Source: Alphaproteobacteria bacterium
GTDB lineage: Bacteria > Pseudomonadota > Alphaproteobacteria > RF32 > CAG-239
Direction: 5' to 3'
Length of the DNA: 64,000 bases
Assembly (NCBI GenBank): GCA_045221335.1
Contig: JBGUWS010000019.1
Span: 9,822 to 73,821 of the forward strand
Position numbers and translations under genes: made by a program. Numbering within the stretch: position 1 is the first letter of the stretch; each line of letters opens with the position of its first letter. The notes beneath the pieces are model-generated. The model was not told where the DNA came from, made no database searches, and saw only the letters and a list, made by a program, of their open reading frames with translations. This document shows, piece by piece, positions 20,279-29,764 of this stretch.

Positions 20279-21613
20279 ATCAAACAGCATTTTTCCGCAA
20301 AGTTGGAATCTTTTTTGTATTTTTACAACATCATCTTGTGAAGAAGATATATTCCTAATTAAACCAGGGTAAAATAAATCATAATTATTTGATAGAATAT
20401 AATCTAACATATCGCAATATTTATAAAATTTACACCTAGATATATCACCCTTATTTATATTTAACTTTGAAAGCAAATAAACTATATCATGAAAAAGATC
20501 TTTTTTATTTAAATAGAAAAAAGAAGTATTATTAAATAAACGTAAAATAAAACGTAACTCTTCTTCAATAATAACGGAAGAATTTTCAAATTTAATAATT
20601 TTACTAATCATATTCAAAAAAGATTCTCTTATAAATCGATAACAAAATACGTTTTGTTTGTTGTTTATGTAAAGAATATAATTACATAAATTAAGGCAAA
20701 AGATCTTTTCTTCCTCAGATTTTTGGAACAATAAATCAATGGCATCAAATAAGTAATAAAAATCCTCTTTCTGGGGAAATTGTTTTGATAATGTTGTAAC
20801 CATTAAATCTTCAACATTTTCTTTTGTAAAATATTGAGCATTGTATTTGTTTTTTATAGATTTTAATAGATCTCTTTTAAACTTCCTTAATGACGTGCAA
20901 GTGCTAAAATTAGGTTGAAATGATAAATATCCGACAACATTAACCACTTTCCAGTCTGTATCTAGGTGATTAGGTACTAGTTTAATAATTTTATTGTTTA
21001 GTGTTATAAAATCGGAAACAGTTATTTCGTAATTTAAGGCAGCGGTAAGTGTGCGATCAATCCAGCACAAATAAGATGTTTGTTTTTCTCTTACTTCCAG
21101 ATTATATTCATTAAAGGTTATAAGTTTTCTAAATATGTCTTTTTTTAAGGCTTTATATTTATTTCGAATTATAGGATTGTTTAACTTTGTTGCCAGATTA
21201 TCTATAATTTTTAGAATTAGAAAATCAAAACTTATATAATTTGTTCTTATATATATAGATCTTATAATATTCTCAATTTTTAATAACTTATTTTCACTAA
21301 TAGCTCTATTTATTTTTAATTTAGAAAGCTTAGATATTTTGATAATTTCATAAATGTTCCTTTTTTCCAGAAAGTTTTTGTTTCTAGATTTTTTAATAAA
21401 ATCATCAATTATTTTATTAATATCTTTATATTTTAAATTATTTTCCTCGATAGTTAAAATGTTTTCGGTTGTAGATAATTCTTTTATTGTATTAAAACGT
21501 TTTTTTAGGACTAATTCATCATATTTATTATATATTTTTTTTAAATTATCGTCATTTAAAACATTAAAAAGCAACAAATATTTACTTAAAGACAATTTAT
21601 TTTCTTCTTTCAT
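20231..21613 (-). CDS. orphan K/N/I-rich hypothetical protein (460 aa, soluble) inserted between mnmE and mnmG
   Basis: It is a long uninterrupted ORF in approximately 23 % GC DNA, where stop codons should be frequent by chance. It has no TM segments and no recognisable motifs. It is antisense to its neighbours and overlaps the mnmE 3' end by 48 nt. Confidence 0.55.
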   Translation of the reverse strand: MKEENKLSLSKYLLLFNVLNDDNLKKIYNKYDELVLKKRFNTIKELSTTENILTIEENNLKYKDINKIIDDFIKKSRNKNFLEKRNIYEIIKISKLSKLKINRAISENKLLKIENIIRSIYIRTNYISFDFLILKIIDNLATKLNNPIIRNKYKALKKDIFRKLITFNEYNLEVREKQTSYLCWIDRTLTAALNYEITVSDFITLNNKIIKLVPNHLDTDWKVVNVVGYLSFQPNFSTCTSLRKFKRDLLKSIKNKYNAQYFTKENVEDLMVTTLSKQFPQKEDFYYLFDAIDLLFQKSEEEKIFCLNLCNYILYINNKQNVFCYRFIRESFLNMISKIIKFENSSVIIEEELRFILRLFNNTSFFYLNKKDLFHDIVYLLSKLNINKGDISRCKFYKYCDMLDYILSNNYDLFYPGLIRNISSSQDDVVKIQKRFQLCGKMLFDLFSNTKTTEYIIQNF

Positions 21614-21783
21614 TATATAAACCTCTTAATATAGTTGTTATATTATAATTAATAAACCAAAAGTTTTATTTGTCAATAAAGATAATAAAAAAATATATTC
21701 CTCTCAAAATTATTGTTGAAAAATAATCGAACATAGCTAATATTCATTCAGTTTAGCGCATATAAAATAAAAAGAAGGATAAA

Positions 21784-23634
21784 ATGGAAAAATTTGATGT
21801 TATTGTTGTTGGAGGTGGACATGCGGGTTGTGAGGCAGCTGCTGCCGCTGCTCGTATGGGAGTTAAAACAATTTTAATAACACACAACATAAAAACAATA
21901 GGCGAAATGTCATGTAATCCAGCAATAGGGGGTCTTGGTAAAGGACACCTTGTTAGAGAGGTTGATGCTCTTGATGGATTAATGGCAAGAGTCATTGACA
22001 AAGCGGGTATACAATTTAGAATGCTAAACGCATCAAAAGGTCCAGCCGTTCAAGGGCCTCGTGCACAAGCAGATAGGGATTTGTATAAAAAATATATGCT
22101 TAAAGCTTTAAAAAATATAGAAAATTTAACAATAAAAGAGGCGGCTGTTGAGGGTTTGATTATAGAAGATAATATTATTAAAGGTGTTATAACAAAAGAA
22201 GATAAAAAATATACAGCTAAAGCTGTTGTTTTAACAACAGGAACATTTCTTAATGGTAAAATGTTTGTGGGTCACAAAACAACAGAAGGTGGCAGGATAA
22301 AAGATGTTAGCTGTAAAGGATTATCAAAATACCTAAAAGATGCAGGACTAAAAATAGGACGATTAAAAACAGGTACACCCGCTCGCTTAAATGGAGACAC
22401 AATTAATTGGAGTATTCTTGAAGAGCAAAGTGGTGATGATAAACCTGTGCCTTTCTCGTTTTTAACGAAAGAAATAACGCAAAAACAGATTAAATGTTAT
22501 ATAACTCATACAAATGAAACAACACACAAAATAATAAGAGATAACTTTTCAAAATGTGCATTATTTTCTGGATTGATAAAAGGGGTGGGACCCAGGTATT
22601 GCCCAAGTATTGAAGATAAACTAGTAAAATTTGCAGACAAAACAACACACCAGATATTTTTGGAACCAGAAGGGTATAAAACAAATGTTGTCTATCCTAA
22701 TGGTATATCAACATCATTACCAGCAGATGTTCAAGAATCTTTTATTCACACAATAAAAGGGTTAGAAAACGTTAAAATACTTTGTTATGCATACGCTATA
22801 GAATATGATTATGTTGATCCTCTGGAATTAGACCACTTTCTTTCTGTTAAAAAATTAAAAGGATTGTTTTTAGCGGGTCAAATAAATGGAACAACAGGAT
22901 ATGAAGAAGCAGCAGCGCAAGGTTTAATAGCAGGTATAAATGCATCACTATTTACTATGAATAGAAAGGGTTTTTATATAGATAGAAGCGAAGGATATAT
23001 AGGTGTTATGATTGATGATCTCATAACAAAAGGGGTAGATGAGCCATATAGAATGTTCACTTCTCGATCTGAATACAGATTATCTCTTCGCGCTGATAAT
23101 GCCGATTTTAGATTGACGGAAAAGGGGTATGAAATAGGTTGTGTATCTGAAGAGAGATACAGTGTATTTAAAAACAAAAAAGAACAAAAAGAAAAATACT
23201 CAAAGATGGTTAAGAATATTATTTTTAACAATAATATGATAGATAAGTACAATCTACCAATAAAAAAAGACGGTGAAAAAAAATCACTATTTGATCTTCT
23301 TTCATACAACAATGTTCCACGTGAAACCTTGCTTCTTATTTGCCCAGAACTTTCTAATATACCAGACGACATTTTTTATCAAATTACAACAGAGGCAAGA
23401 TATTCCGGTTATATAAAGCGTCAACAAATGGATATAGAGCTTTTTAAGAAAGATGAGCATATTAAAATTAAAAAAGACATTGACTACAGAAAAATAGGGG
23501 GTCTTTCTAGAGAGATAGTTTTTAAATTAAATAAAATTAGACCACTAACAATAGGAGAAGCATCTCGTATATCTGGAATAACCCCAGCCGCAATCATAGC
23601 AATATTATCTTATATGAAAAAGAACAATAGTTAA
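21784..23634 (+). CDS. mnmG: tRNA uridine 5-carboxymethylaminomethyl modification enzyme MnmG (GidA)
   Basis: It has an FAD-binding N-terminus ([15 protein letters not shown]) and conserved GidA motifs ([11 protein letters not shown]). 616 aa. Confidence 0.95.
   Translation: MEKFDVIVVGGGHAGCEAAAAAARMGVKTILITHNIKTIGEMSCNPAIGGLGKGHLVREVDALDGLMARVIDKAGIQFRMLNASKGPAVQGPRAQADRDLYKKYMLKALKNIENLTIKEAAVEGLIIEDNIIKGVITKEDKKYTAKAVVLTTGTFLNGKMFVGHKTTEGGRIKDVSCKGLSKYLKDAGLKIGRLKTGTPARLNGDTINWSILEEQSGDDKPVPFSFLTKEITQKQIKCYITHTNETTHKIIRDNFSKCALFSGLIKGVGPRYCPSIEDKLVKFADKTTHQIFLEPEGYKTNVVYPNGISTSLPADVQESFIHTIKGLENVKILCYAYAIEYDYVDPLELDHFLSVKKLKGLFLAGQINGTTGYEEAAAQGLIAGINASLFTMNRKGFYIDRSEGYIGVMIDDLITKGVDEPYRMFTSRSEYRLSLRADNADFRLTEKGYEIGCVSEERYSVFKNKKEQKEKYSKMVKNIIFNNNMIDKYNLPIKKDGEKKSLFDLLSYNNVPRETLLLICPELSNIPDDIFYQITTEARYSGYIKRQQMDIELFKKDEHIKIKKDIDYRKIGGLSREIVFKLNKIRPLTIGEASRISGITPAAIIAILSYMKKNNS
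23313..23328. promoter_or_regulatory. degenerate parS-like site (2 mismatches) near the mnmG 3' end
   Basis: TGTTCCACGTGAAACC. Confidence 0.35.
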
Positions 23635-23693
23635 AATGTTTATAACTTTATTTTTTATTACAAAAAATAAAATCATTAAATAATATATTTACC

Positions 23694-24323
23694 ATGAAAG
23701 AGTTGCTAAATATACACAATGTTTCACGTGAAACAATAAGTAATCTTAAAGTATTTCAAAATCAGGTTTTGGAATACAACAATAAGTTCAACCTGATTAG
23801 TAAAACCTCAGCAATAGATATTTGGAACAGACACATTGTTGATTCTCTGCAAATAATCAATTTGTTAAAAGAAGAAGATAGATTTTTATACGATTTTGGT
23901 TCAGGTGCTGGTTTTCCGGGAATTGTTCTTGCAATAGCGTGTAAAAACGCTTACCCAAATATAAAAATAAAATTAATAGAAAGTATTGGAAAAAAAGCCT
24001 CTTTTTTAGATTATATAAATAAAAAAATGGATTTAAATGTTGATGTTATCCAGGAAAGAATAGAAAATGTTACTTTACCAAAAGCAGACGTGATTACATC
24101 AAGAGCCTTAGGGAGACTGGATAAATTATTAAATTATGCCCTTCCGTTTTGTTCAGATAAAACAAGATTGATTTTTCTTAAAGGGGAAAAATGGAACAAA
24201 GAAGTTGAAGAAGCCCAAAGAAGATGGTTTTTTAAATATCAAGCAATTGAAAGTATAACCTCTAAAGAGGGAAGAATTTTGTGTGTGGAAAGCTTGCGGA
24301 GAAAAAAAACATGTCAAAAATAA
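23694..24323 (+). CDS. rsmG: 16S rRNA (guanine527-N7)-methyltransferase RsmG (GidB)
   Basis: It has the SAM-binding motif DFGSGAGFPGIVLAI. It contains a parS site in its 5' region. Confidence 0.9.
   Translation: MKELLNIHNVSRETISNLKVFQNQVLEYNNKFNLISKTSAIDIWNRHIVDSLQIINLLKEEDRFLYDFGSGAGFPGIVLAIACKNAYPNIKIKLIESIGKKASFLDYINKKMDLNVDVIQERIENVTLPKADVITSRALGRLDKLLNYALPFCSDKTRLIFLKGEKWNKEVEEAQRRWFFKYQAIESITSKEGRILCVESLRRKKTCQK
23719..23734. promoter_or_regulatory. parS centromere site (perfect 16-bp palindrome)
   Basis: TGTTTCACGTGAAACA, an exact match to the ParB-binding consensus. It lies within the rsmG 5' coding region, as in many bacteria. Confidence 0.8.
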
Positions 24324-25081
24324 TATCTATAGCAAACAGAAAAGGGGGCGTTGGTAAAACAACAACAGCTATAAATATCGCAACAGCTATTGCTGCTATA
24401 GGTAGACGTGTTTTGATTTTGGATATGGACCCTCAGGGAAACGCAACAACATCTTTAGGAATTAATAAAAACAAGTGTTTGTTTTCCACATATGATGTGC
24501 TTATTAATAATTGTAAAACAGAAGACGCAATTATTAAAACAGAAATAAAAAACTTTGATATTTTACCTTCTGCACCAGGTTTAGCTGCTGCAGAAATAGA
24601 ATTAATTAATATAAATAGACGCGAATATGTTTTGAAAAAAGCATTAATATCTATAAATGAAAAATACGATTACATCTTGATTGATTGTCCGCCATCATTA
24701 AATCTCATAACGATAAATGCCCTTGTTGCGTCAGATTCTGTTATTGTTCCTCTTCAAAGTGAATTTTTGGCTCTAGAGGGTCTAACTGATCTGATAAAAA
24801 ATATAAATACATTAAAAAAGAATTTTAATCCTAAATTAAACTTACAAGGAATTGTTTTAACGATGTTTGATAAAAGAAACAATCTTTGTCGCATGGTTGA
24901 AAGTGATGTGCGTAAATATTTTGGTCAAAGAGTATATAAAACGGTTATACCGAGGAGTGTTCGTATTTCCGAGGCGCCTTCACACGGTAAGCCCGTTTTA
25001 ATCTATGATTTTAAAAGCGTAGGAGCAAAAGCGTATTTGAATCTTGCGCGTGAAGTCTTAAAAAGAGAAAAGGAGTTGTAA
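24311..25081 (+). CDS. parA: chromosome partitioning ATPase ParA
   Basis: It has the deviant Walker A motif ANRKGGVGKTTTAINIA. The start is placed at MSKIISIAN after a GGAG; the ORF-track start at 24281 is upstream within rsmG. Confidence 0.9.
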   Translation: MSKIISIANRKGGVGKTTTAINIATAIAAIGRRVLILDMDPQGNATTSLGINKNKCLFSTYDVLINNCKTEDAIIKTEIKNFDILPSAPGLAAAEIELININRREYVLKKALISINEKYDYILIDCPPSLNLITINALVASDSVIVPLQSEFLALEGLTDLIKNINTLKKNFNPKLNLQGIVLTMFDKRNNLCRMVESDVRKYFGQRVYKTVIPRSVRISEAPSHGKPVLIYDFKSVGAKAYLNLAREVLKREKEL

Positions 25082-25082
25082 A

Positions 25083-25961
25083 ATGTCACAAAATAAAAAA
25101 CATGGATTAGGTAGAGGTTTGGAAGCCTTGTTAGGTGATGATGACTTAAGTTTTAACCTAGATACTATAAATACTGAAGAGTTAACACAAGAGGGGATTA
25201 AAACCGTAAAAACCGAAAATCTTTTTCCAAGCCCTTATCAACCAAGGAAAGATTTTGATCAAGAAGCCATCAATGCTCTAGTTAAATCAATCAAGGAAAA
25301 AGGTATATTACAACCTCTATTGGTTCGGAGATCTGGAGAAAAATATGAAATAATAGCTGGAGAACGACGTTGGCGTGCGGCTAAAATAGCCGGTTTTGAA
25401 GAGGTTCCGGTTATAGAAAAAGAGATGGATAACCAAGAAGCTTTAGAGGTCGCTTTAGTAGAAAACCTGCTAAGAGAAAACCTATCTATAATAGAAGAAG
25501 CTGAAGGTTTTAGCAGATTAATAAACGAGTTTTCACACACACATGATGCTTTATCACAAATTGTAGGAAAATCAAGGAGTTATATAACAAACACTCTCAG
25601 ATTGCTTACCTTGCCGGAAAAGATAAAAGAGCTGCTAAAAAGTAATAAATTAAGTGCGGGACATGCTCGGTGTTTAGTTGGTTTAGAAAATGCAGAAGAG
25701 GTTGCTGAAAAAATTATTTTAAAAAATTTAAACGTTCGTCAAACAGAGGATCTAGTCAATAAAATAAAAAACAATTTAAGTCAACCTTGTCGGATTACTA
25801 AAAAGGATCCATATCTTAAAGAAATAGAAAAGAGTTTAATAAAAAGTATTGGTTTGAAGGTTAAAATTAGCCCTTCTGTAAATGATAAAGGTAAAATAAC
25901 CATCCAATATAAAAACCCAACAGAATTAAATAAAGTTCTAGAGCTTTTAGAGAGAAAATAA
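25083..25961 (+). CDS. parB: chromosome partitioning protein ParB
   Basis: It has a ParB/Sulfiredoxin N-domain (GERRWRAAK) and an HTH. It is 1 nt downstream of parA. Confidence 0.9.
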   Translation: MSQNKKHGLGRGLEALLGDDDLSFNLDTINTEELTQEGIKTVKTENLFPSPYQPRKDFDQEAINALVKSIKEKGILQPLLVRRSGEKYEIIAGERRWRAAKIAGFEEVPVIEKEMDNQEALEVALVENLLRENLSIIEEAEGFSRLINEFSHTHDALSQIVGKSRSYITNTLRLLTLPEKIKELLKSNKLSAGHARCLVGLENAEEVAEKIILKNLNVRQTEDLVNKIKNNLSQPCRITKKDPYLKEIEKSLIKSIGLKVKISPSVNDKGKITIQYKNPTELNKVLELLERK

Positions 25962-26119
25962 ACTGTTTTTTATAAAATCAAAATAACGGTGATTTTTTTA
26001 GATTTTAGAAGTTTTTTGTTTTCTTGAGGGTATAGGGACAAAAAAATAAAAATACATAACGCTGTATTTAAAAAAACAAACAAAACAATAATGCTTTGTT
26101 TTTTCAGTAAAAAGTATTT

Positions 26120-27325
26120 TTAAAGGTCGTATTTAAAATCTTTCGAAATTTTTTGCAAGAGTTCTTTTTTAGATAAAATGCAACCACTTTCAAGCCATTC
26201 TCTCTTTAATATTTCCATGTGTAGTCCTATGTGTTCTTTCTTTATACCAAGATTTAACAAGTCCTTGCCCGTAATAGGAAATTCAGAAATTTCTGTTGCA
26301 AACAAAAGATCTAACACTCTTTTTATTTTTTCTATATCAGGATTATCCAAATTCAGATACAAATATAAATCCCGGCAAATATCTTTACCGTACAAATAAA
26401 CAATTTTATTCATCGATACAGTGTCTTTAAAGTCTTTTAAATAAACTCTTGCGCTACATAATTTACTTAAATAATCTTTTTGTTCTCGTGTAAAACGAAA
26501 TATTTTAGATAACCTGTCTGCACGTTTTGGTGTAGGCTCAAACAAAATGAAAATTCTTCTTATAATGTTTTTTTCAAGTTTTAAAGCATCAACGAGATAA
26601 TCAAGCTTTTGTAAGTTTTGAGTGTCCTTAGGTGCTGCGATCATAAAGTCCAATACACCGTATTTAAAGATAAGCTCAAGGGCGCGCGCAGCATAAGGGG
26701 CTACAAAGATTTTAAATAACTCCTCTTTTATTTTTTCCGGTGAAACTTTTTGCAAGAGAGTTTTGTTCTCTATACAACACTTTAACGACTTTCGATCGAT
26801 TTTTTTACCAAACATGGCACAAAATCTAAAAAATCGCATAATCCTAATAGGATCATTTTCAATTGCCTTGAAAGGTTTTTCAATAAACTTTATAATACCG
26901 TTTTTAAGGTCTTCGACACCATTGTAATAATCAAAAACATTACCTTTTTCGTCAGCATAAACAGCATTAATTGTGAGGTCTCTTTTTGCGGCATCTTTTT
27001 TCCACTCTTCTTGAGAATTATCATATTCTGTACTTAAACATGTAACTTTGAAGAAGTTATTGTTTATAAAAACACCCAAAGTAAAAAATTGAATACCAAT
27101 AGGAACACATTTTATTCCCTCTTCATCACACATTTCTGAAAATTCTGAAGGTGACATATCCGTTACCAAATCAATATCTCTGTGCTTATATCCGGCCACT
27201 GTGTCTCTGACAAAGCCGCCAACAAACCGAAGAATACCACCATGTTTTTCAACTAGGTTAAATAATTCTAATATATTACTATCACTAGCAAGTTTCTTAG
27301 GGTCAATGTAATTAGGGTGAAACAT
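26120..27325 (-). CDS. cca: CCA-adding tRNA nucleotidyltransferase / poly(A) polymerase family protein (short form without an HD domain)
   Basis: It has the class II nucleotidyltransferase head GGFVRD...DIDLVT and the RxxRFxRF motif (IRIMRFFRF). Confidence 0.75.
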   Translation of the reverse strand: MFHPNYIDPKKLASDSNILELFNLVEKHGGILRFVGGFVRDTVAGYKHRDIDLVTDMSPSEFSEMCDEEGIKCVPIGIQFFTLGVFINNNFFKVTCLSTEYDNSQEEWKKDAAKRDLTINAVYADEKGNVFDYYNGVEDLKNGIIKFIEKPFKAIENDPIRIMRFFRFCAMFGKKIDRKSLKCCIENKTLLQKVSPEKIKEELFKIFVAPYAARALELIFKYGVLDFMIAAPKDTQNLQKLDYLVDALKLEKNIIRRIFILFEPTPKRADRLSKIFRFTREQKDYLSKLCSARVYLKDFKDTVSMNKIVYLYGKDICRDLYLYLNLDNPDIEKIKRVLDLLFATEISEFPITGKDLLNLGIKKEHIGLHMEILKREWLESGCILSKKELLQKISKDFKYDL

Positions 27326-27424
27326 TATAGCCTCATTTTTTTGTGGTTAATTTTTGATATTAATGTTTTATTATAAATGTATTAATTATGATATAACAAA
27401 GAATAAATTTATGGGATAAATATC

Positions 27425-27928
27425 ATGAAAAAGTATGTAATCTTGTTTTTAGCAACAATTATGGCTCAAAACTCTTGGGCTAATACCGTTCCCACCGAAA
27501 TAGGTGAATATAAAGATTGGACTGCTTACTCTTATAAAGAAGGTAAAAACCTGGTTTGTTATATGGCCTCAACGCCAAAAAAAGATGAAGGCAACTACAA
27601 AGCCAGAGGAGATATATATGCTGTCATAACACACAGACCTGCAGATAAAAGCTATAATGTAGTCAATTTTGTTGCTGGCTATACATATAAACAAGGATCG
27701 AATGTTACCGTGAAAATAGGAACAAATACCTTCAATAATCTTTTTACAAATGGTGATAATGCGTGGGCACCAGACAGTACAACAGATAAAAAACTTGTGG
27801 AAGCAATGAAACGAGGAGAAAAAATGTTTGTTGAAGGAACATCTTCTCGTGGAACAAAAACCAAAGACACATATTCTTTGTCCGGCTTTACAGGCGCTTA
27901 CCGTGCAATAAGTGGTAAATGCAAATAA
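27425..27928 (+). CDS. invasion-associated locus B (IalB) family periplasmic protein
   Basis: It has a signal peptide and the IalB-family pattern WxAYSYKEGKxxVCYMxSxP...RG..YAVITHRP...GFTGAYRAISGKC. Confidence 0.75.
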   Translation: MKKYVILFLATIMAQNSWANTVPTEIGEYKDWTAYSYKEGKNLVCYMASTPKKDEGNYKARGDIYAVITHRPADKSYNVVNFVAGYTYKQGSNVTVKIGTNTFNNLFTNGDNAWAPDSTTDKKLVEAMKRGEKMFVEGTSSRGTKTKDTYSLSGFTGAYRAISGKCK

Positions 27929-29001
27929 AAAAAGAAATGGAAAAGATAGAACTAACAAATCTAAGCAAAGAAGAGATAGCGGCTGAGATAACAAAAATTG
28001 GAGAAAAACCTTTTCGAGCAAAACAGCTGTGGCAGTGGTTATATTTTCAAGGGGTAACGGATTTTAACCAAATGAGTAATCTATCATTGTCTTTACGACA
28101 AAGCTTAATGGAAAGATACAGTATCACTCGCCCAAAAATTATAACGGAACAAATTTCTAAAGACAAAACTCATAAATGGTTACTAGAACTCAAAGATGGG
28201 GAACGTATAGAAACAGTATATATTCCAGAAAAAGACAGGGGCGCCGTTTGTATTTCAACGCAAGTTGGTTGTGCAATGGGGTGTCGTTTTTGCCACACAG
28301 GAAGTCAAAATTTTACAAGAAACTTGACCGCGGGTGAAATCGTTGGACAATTTATGATCGCACGTGATACATACAAAGAATGGCCGAGTCCGACAAACGA
28401 AACAAGGTTTTTATCAAACATTGTTGTAATGGGCATGGGTGAACCGCTAAACAATCTAGACAATGTTATAAAAGCACTTAATATTTTAACAGATAATGAG
28501 GGCATTTCAATTTCTCGCCGGCGTATAACAATGTCAACATCGGGTATTGCTCCGCGAATAGTCGAAGCCTTAAGCAGAACAGGTGTTCGATTAGCTGTTT
28601 CTTTACATGCACCAAATAACGAGATCCGCTCAAAAATTATGCCAATAAATAAAAAATTTAAAATAGAAGAAATACTAGATGCTTGTGCAGAATATCAAAA
28701 AGGAGATCACAGCAGATATATAACCTTCGAATATCTAATGTTAAAAGATATAAATGATAGCTTAGACAATGCACGAGAACTAATAAAAGTGATGAAAAAA
28801 CACAAAATAAGAGCTTTGTTTAACCTAATACCATTTAATCCTTGGCCCGGTTGTGACTTTGCTCCAAGCGAAAAAAGGCAAGTGGAAATATTTTCTCAAG
28901 AACTTGAAAGTGCTGGATTTGCAGCACCAATCCGTGTTGCGCGAGGACAAGATATATTAGCAGCTTGTGGGCAGCTGAAAACTAAACAAATAAAGAATTA
29001 A
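27919..29001 (+). CDS. rlmN: 23S rRNA/tRNA A2503/A37 C2-methyltransferase RlmN (radical SAM)
   Basis: It has the CxxxCxxC-type cluster (GCAMGCRFCHTG), GEPL, and the C-terminal catalytic Cys region. The start is either 27919 or the ATG at 27937; it overlaps the ialB stop. Confidence 0.9.
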   Translation: MQIKKEMEKIELTNLSKEEIAAEITKIGEKPFRAKQLWQWLYFQGVTDFNQMSNLSLSLRQSLMERYSITRPKIITEQISKDKTHKWLLELKDGERIETVYIPEKDRGAVCISTQVGCAMGCRFCHTGSQNFTRNLTAGEIVGQFMIARDTYKEWPSPTNETRFLSNIVVMGMGEPLNNLDNVIKALNILTDNEGISISRRRITMSTSGIAPRIVEALSRTGVRLAVSLHAPNNEIRSKIMPINKKFKIEEILDACAEYQKGDHSRYITFEYLMLKDINDSLDNARELIKVMKKHKIRALFNLIPFNPWPGCDFAPSEKRQVEIFSQELESAGFAAPIRVARGQDILAACGQLKTKQIKN

Positions 29002-29756
29002 TTCGACGTAATATCAACCAACCTATCAAGGTTCTTTGTTTCTTTGTTGTCATAACTTTTAGATTCATCCTTTTTACCGGAATTTTTTGTATCAGATTTT
29101 ATTTCCGGTTTTACCAGTTGCTCAAACATTTTATTCATTTGATCTTGGTCAACTTTTGATGGAAGTCCCTTCTTTTGTTCCTCTTTTTCCTCTTTATCTG
29201 ATTCTTGCTTTTCCTCTTGTTTCTTTTCAACTTTGTTTAATTCTTGGAATGATTTCATTGTGTCCTCAATAAATTTATCTGGAAGAGCTTTTTCAATAAC
29301 ATCAGAGGTTGCTTGTGCAACGCTAAAGAACATAGATTTTTTTAGAGCATCACTTTTAAGTTCTTCAGGAAGAATAATCTTGATAATCAAAAAAACAAAA
29401 CCCAAAATAATCAAAGCACGCAATAAGCCAAAAATCAAACCAAATAAGCGATCCATAAAACTTAACGTGCTTGTCCGTATCTTAGATATCAGTATATCGG
29501 TACTTATAATCCAAACGGCATAAAAAATCGCCATAATAATCAAAAAGATAACTATTTGTGCCAAAATTTTACTAGCAATATATTTGCTGACAAAGGGTAA
29601 AAAAACAGGAGAAAGGTAAACAACTAAGATAACAAAAATAGCCATTCCTAAAATGGAAAGAGTCTCCCTAACAAAACCACGAATAAACGCAACAAACATA
29701 GAAACGGCAAAACCGATTAAAATAACAACATCTATATTGTTTAAAGGCTCCATCAA
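28998..29756 (-). CDS. cvpA: CvpA-family membrane protein with a charged C-terminal extension
   Basis: It has four N-terminal TM helices typical of CvpA, then a Lys/Glu-rich roughly 100-aa tail. It is adjacent to radA, as in many proteobacteria. Confidence 0.7.
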   Translation of the reverse strand: MMEPLNNIDVVILIGFAVSMFVAFIRGFVRETLSILGMAIFVILVVYLSPVFLPFVSKYIASKILAQIVIFLIIMAIFYAVWIISTDILISKIRTSTLSFMDRLFGLIFGLLRALIILGFVFLIIKIILPEELKSDALKKSMFFSVAQATSDVIEKALPDKFIEDTMKSFQELNKVEKKQEEKQESDKEEKEEQKKGLPSKVDQDQMNKMFEQLVKPEIKSDTKNSGKKDESKSYDNKETKNLDRLVDITSN

Positions 29757-29764
29757 AAATCTCC

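Noticed and set aside
25962-26119. Weak AU-rich hairpin (AAAAUCA...UGAUUUU) after parB as a terminator
   Set aside because: The 7-bp stem is almost entirely A-U, with a 9-nt loop. The predicted stability is too low to call with confidence.
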